This document shows, one piece after another, positions 61,034 to 64,000 of a DNA stretch of 64,000 nt. A program made the translations under genes and the position numbers. Position 1 is the stretch's first letter. Every line of letters begins with the position of its first letter. The stretch is from Lama guanicoe (lineage: Eukaryota): NCBI GenBank assembly GCA_013239625.1, contig MU054323.1:6933220-6997219 (forward strand), in the 5' to 3' direction. The notes beneath the pieces are model-generated. The model did no database searches, was not told the DNA's origin, and worked only from the letters and a program-made list of their open reading frames with translations.

Positions 61034-61519
61034 CATGGTAAGTGAAGGGCTACGTGTGCAGTGAGGCCACTGGGAAATGGTGAACTTAGTGAACTTCTCA
61101 GAGAATCAAAATATAATCCTTATTTGTCCAAACCTGTTATTATTCATTTATGATTAAATTGCTTTCTGAATGCAGTCCTAGACCTCACTTTATGCCAAAT
61201 GTAATTTAATTTATTTTCTTGATGTGGGGTCATCACTCTGGACATCAGTTACTACAATGTCCAGTAATATAATGATGCCTCCTCCGGCCACAGGTGTATA
61301 GGGACTGCCGGCTGCAACACTGAGCCCCCCAGACAGCTATGCAACTTGATCAGCGGCAGTATCTCTGCCCCCAGAAACACCTCCTCGCCCCCCCCCACCA
61401 CTGCTCCTTCTGGTAGTTGTGGGTGGAGCAACTAACGACCCAGTCCTGTTGGGACTATATTTCAGCTGACTCAGGGAAGATCTAAGGGGTTCTTCTAAGA
61501 TTGCAGAAGAGAATGAACT

Positions 61520-61690
61520 CTGGAAGCCCAGTGATCTAGATTTGAATTCTGCTCTCACCTACTAGTTCCACAGCCCCAGCTGAGCCATTGCACTCATCAC
61601 ACATTCAGTCCTCCCATCTGTAAGATGAAAATACTATCTACCTCTTGGTGGAAGATGCTGAATTGAAACATAAGCAAGAGCTCAGTAAAC
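61520..61690 (+). mobile_element. MIR SINE
   Basis: atctagatttgaattctgctctcacctactag...tcagtcctcccatctgtaagatg...ctatctacctc. Confidence 0.7.
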
Positions 61691-64000
61691 GTGGGCCCCT
61701 TGTCCCTCCTCATGTTCACTGGGCTGCACCGGGGGGTTATCTCTGAGCACACACGTCTGAGTGTCGGTCAGGACTGCACCCACAGAAGATCATCTAGGGT
61801 GCATATGTCCCTTACGGGACAGCCTGGTGGGGAGGCGTGGAATGTTTATCCAGGGATGGAGCACCCTAGTGGGGCTTGCCGTAGGTTGATGAAAAAACTG
61901 CAGAATAACCTTGAGTCCTAGCAATTCTGTCTCACGGAGATTTCACCAGCGCTGTTGGACGGCCAAGCCCAGGGGTATGTGCATGGTGTGTGTGTATGTG
62001 CACACGTGTACACACACAGTGTACCTTGGAGCTCTTGAGGTAGCCTGAGGGGGCAGGGAGAGACCCTGGCAGGGAGAGTGGTGTCTGAACCTGGCCCCAC
62101 TGGCCCAGCCCTGGGCTCCAGCTTCCTCTCCAGAAAACCCCAGCTGATGATCAAGTGCTGATTTAAAATAATAAACACAAGGACTCTGCTGTGCGTGGCA
62201 AAATGTCAGTGAAATAACGTGGGTGAAAGGTGGGACCTAAATTGCATGTGCATGATGATGACAGACTGGAAATGCTCTGTTTACACACAGATAAGGATTG
62301 GAAAAGGCCCCAGAGAGATGTGACGGGGGAGGGATTGAGGGGGGACTTTCTGCAAAGCTGTTTATATGTTTAATAATTGGCTACTCTTCCCCATGTGCAG
62401 CTGGCCTCCCAGTCCCCTTCTATGCATTTCCTTATTATTCTGGTTCCTACACGATGCCCATCTGCACACTCTTCATGGAGAATGAGCCTTCTGTCCCACC
62501 CTGGGCTGGGGGCAGAGTGCAGGGCCAACAGGCCAAGAACTGGGCTGGCGCTGTCCCCTCCCACCCTGTGTCCCACACACACTTCGGCTGCCTAGGCTGC
62601 TCAGAGCCTCTGGCTGCTGCCTCCCTGCCTCCCCACCCAGCTCCCGTTCCCCTTCACCCCCTCATTTCTCATGTACTCCTGGCCATGTTCCCACCAGGAA
62701 CATTCTGTCACAGGCTTCTCCCCTCCTTGCGTCCAATTCCCAGGGGGAAAGAGAGGGTGCTTCCTATGATATTTTAGGGCCTCCCACTTCTTGGCATGGT
62801 TCTTCAACAAGGCTCAGCAAAGACATCTTGGGGCAGCCAGAGAAGCAAGGAGGAGGCCCAGATGCCAGGTTCCAGAGAAAAAGGCTTTCTGGGAAGTCCC
62901 CTGCCCCTCACACCCACCAGTGTGTGTCCCACCTTCTCCCTCACCGGTGACCCCTCCCCAATTATCCAGCCCCTCTCCCTCTCATCCTCCCCGAGCCTCA
63001 GTATCCTCATCTGTAAAATGGAGCCAGTAACACCCAGGATTAATTGAGACGACTTGTACAGAACCTTAGCTTCAGCCTAGACAGGGCATCTGAAGGCTTG
63101 CCTCCCTCACGCCCTCCCCGCTGCAGCTCCCTTTAGTCCTTTGGAGCTGAATGTTCATTCACTGGGCGAATGAATTGCTATGTAACTTGCAGGTGTGAAA
63201 GGAATCACACATCCATGGGTCTATCGTGTTCTAATTTGTGAATAAAAGTCTTAAGAAGCTATTAATTCCATGAGAGAGTTCTGCTCCCAAATAGCCTTTC
63301 TGCTATAAAACATTTCTCAGGGGCTCCTCGCCACTAACTTGGCACAGCATCCTGAGTCTATCAGAAGCTAACAGGTGTATGAGGGCGCATGTCAGGGTCT
63401 TGGGAGCAGCCACTGGCCACAGGAACATGCCCTGTCTCCACTATATTTTCTCCCCACCCAGCAGCAGCTGCCTGGTCCTGCCTTCGACCCCCTCATGGGG
63501 CAGCCTTGGGCAGTAAAAGGCAAGTTGTGCCAGGACCCAGACAAGGAGAGGGATGTGGGGAAAGCCTGCCAGCGGCAGCTTGCTCCCCTGATCCCCAGCC
63601 CTAGCCCTGCCCTCCTCCACTGCAGCCTCTGACGTCAGTCTGACCCCCTTTACTCCCAGACCCCACAGGCCGCGAGGCCCATAGCTGTTGCTCAGTAATA
63701 GTCACTCACCCACTCACTAATAAATGAAGCCTCAACAGCACCTCTTTCCCACAGCCCATCCCATGGCCCCGACTCCACTTGATCTTCCTGTCGGAACCCT
63801 GACCCGCATAATCCCCGTGAGAAGAGCTGAGGCAGGCTGCACTGCTTACCTCTGACACTTCAGGCTACCCTGGGGCCCCTGTGTCTTTCTGTCTTTCCCC
63901 TACAGAGCCAAGTACCGGTCTGGAGGGATGAGGGGTGCAGATGAGGAAGTACAGGCTTTGGAAATGCTTCTTCAGTGCTGCCAGTGACCGCAGCAACTAA

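Noticed and set aside
1..64000. CRISPR array, operon-like or novel multi-gene system, or nested processed pseudogene
   Set aside because: This is eukaryotic intron-rich DNA with no repeat-spacer periodicity, no second coherent coding gene, and no recognisable mRNA-derived insert.

Overview
Mammalian genomic DNA, probably from a camelid because it carries tRNA-Ala-derived Vic-1-type SINEs. The whole window lies inside the adenylate cyclase 3 gene (ADCY3) on the minus strand. Thirteen internal coding exons (coding exons 2-14 by the human gene layout as I recall it) can be reconstructed between 33212 and 947. All have GT-AG boundaries and consistent phase, totalling 1823 nt, and they encode the end of membrane domain M1, the C1a catalytic domain, C1b and most of M2. 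The first coding exon lies beyond 64000 and the C2 exons lie before position 1. The rest is intron: intron 1 is more than 30.8 kb and intron 2 is 18.3 kb. It contains L1, L2, MIR, CR1/L3, hAT and Tigger DNA transposon, MaLR LTR and SINE relics, plus one 128-N assembly gap. I found no convincing new gene or multi-gene system. The most notable observations are a roughly 1.1 kb fossil CR1 reverse-transcriptase region with motifs still readable next to exon 2 (plus further CR1 relics), an inverted SINE-in-SINE with two intact target-site duplications (TSDs), a probably spurious gap whose flanks overlap by 21 bp, and several weak or tandem splice sites. Repeat family names come from recognition by eye, and their boundaries are approximate unless a TSD or terminal inverted repeat (TIR) is quoted.
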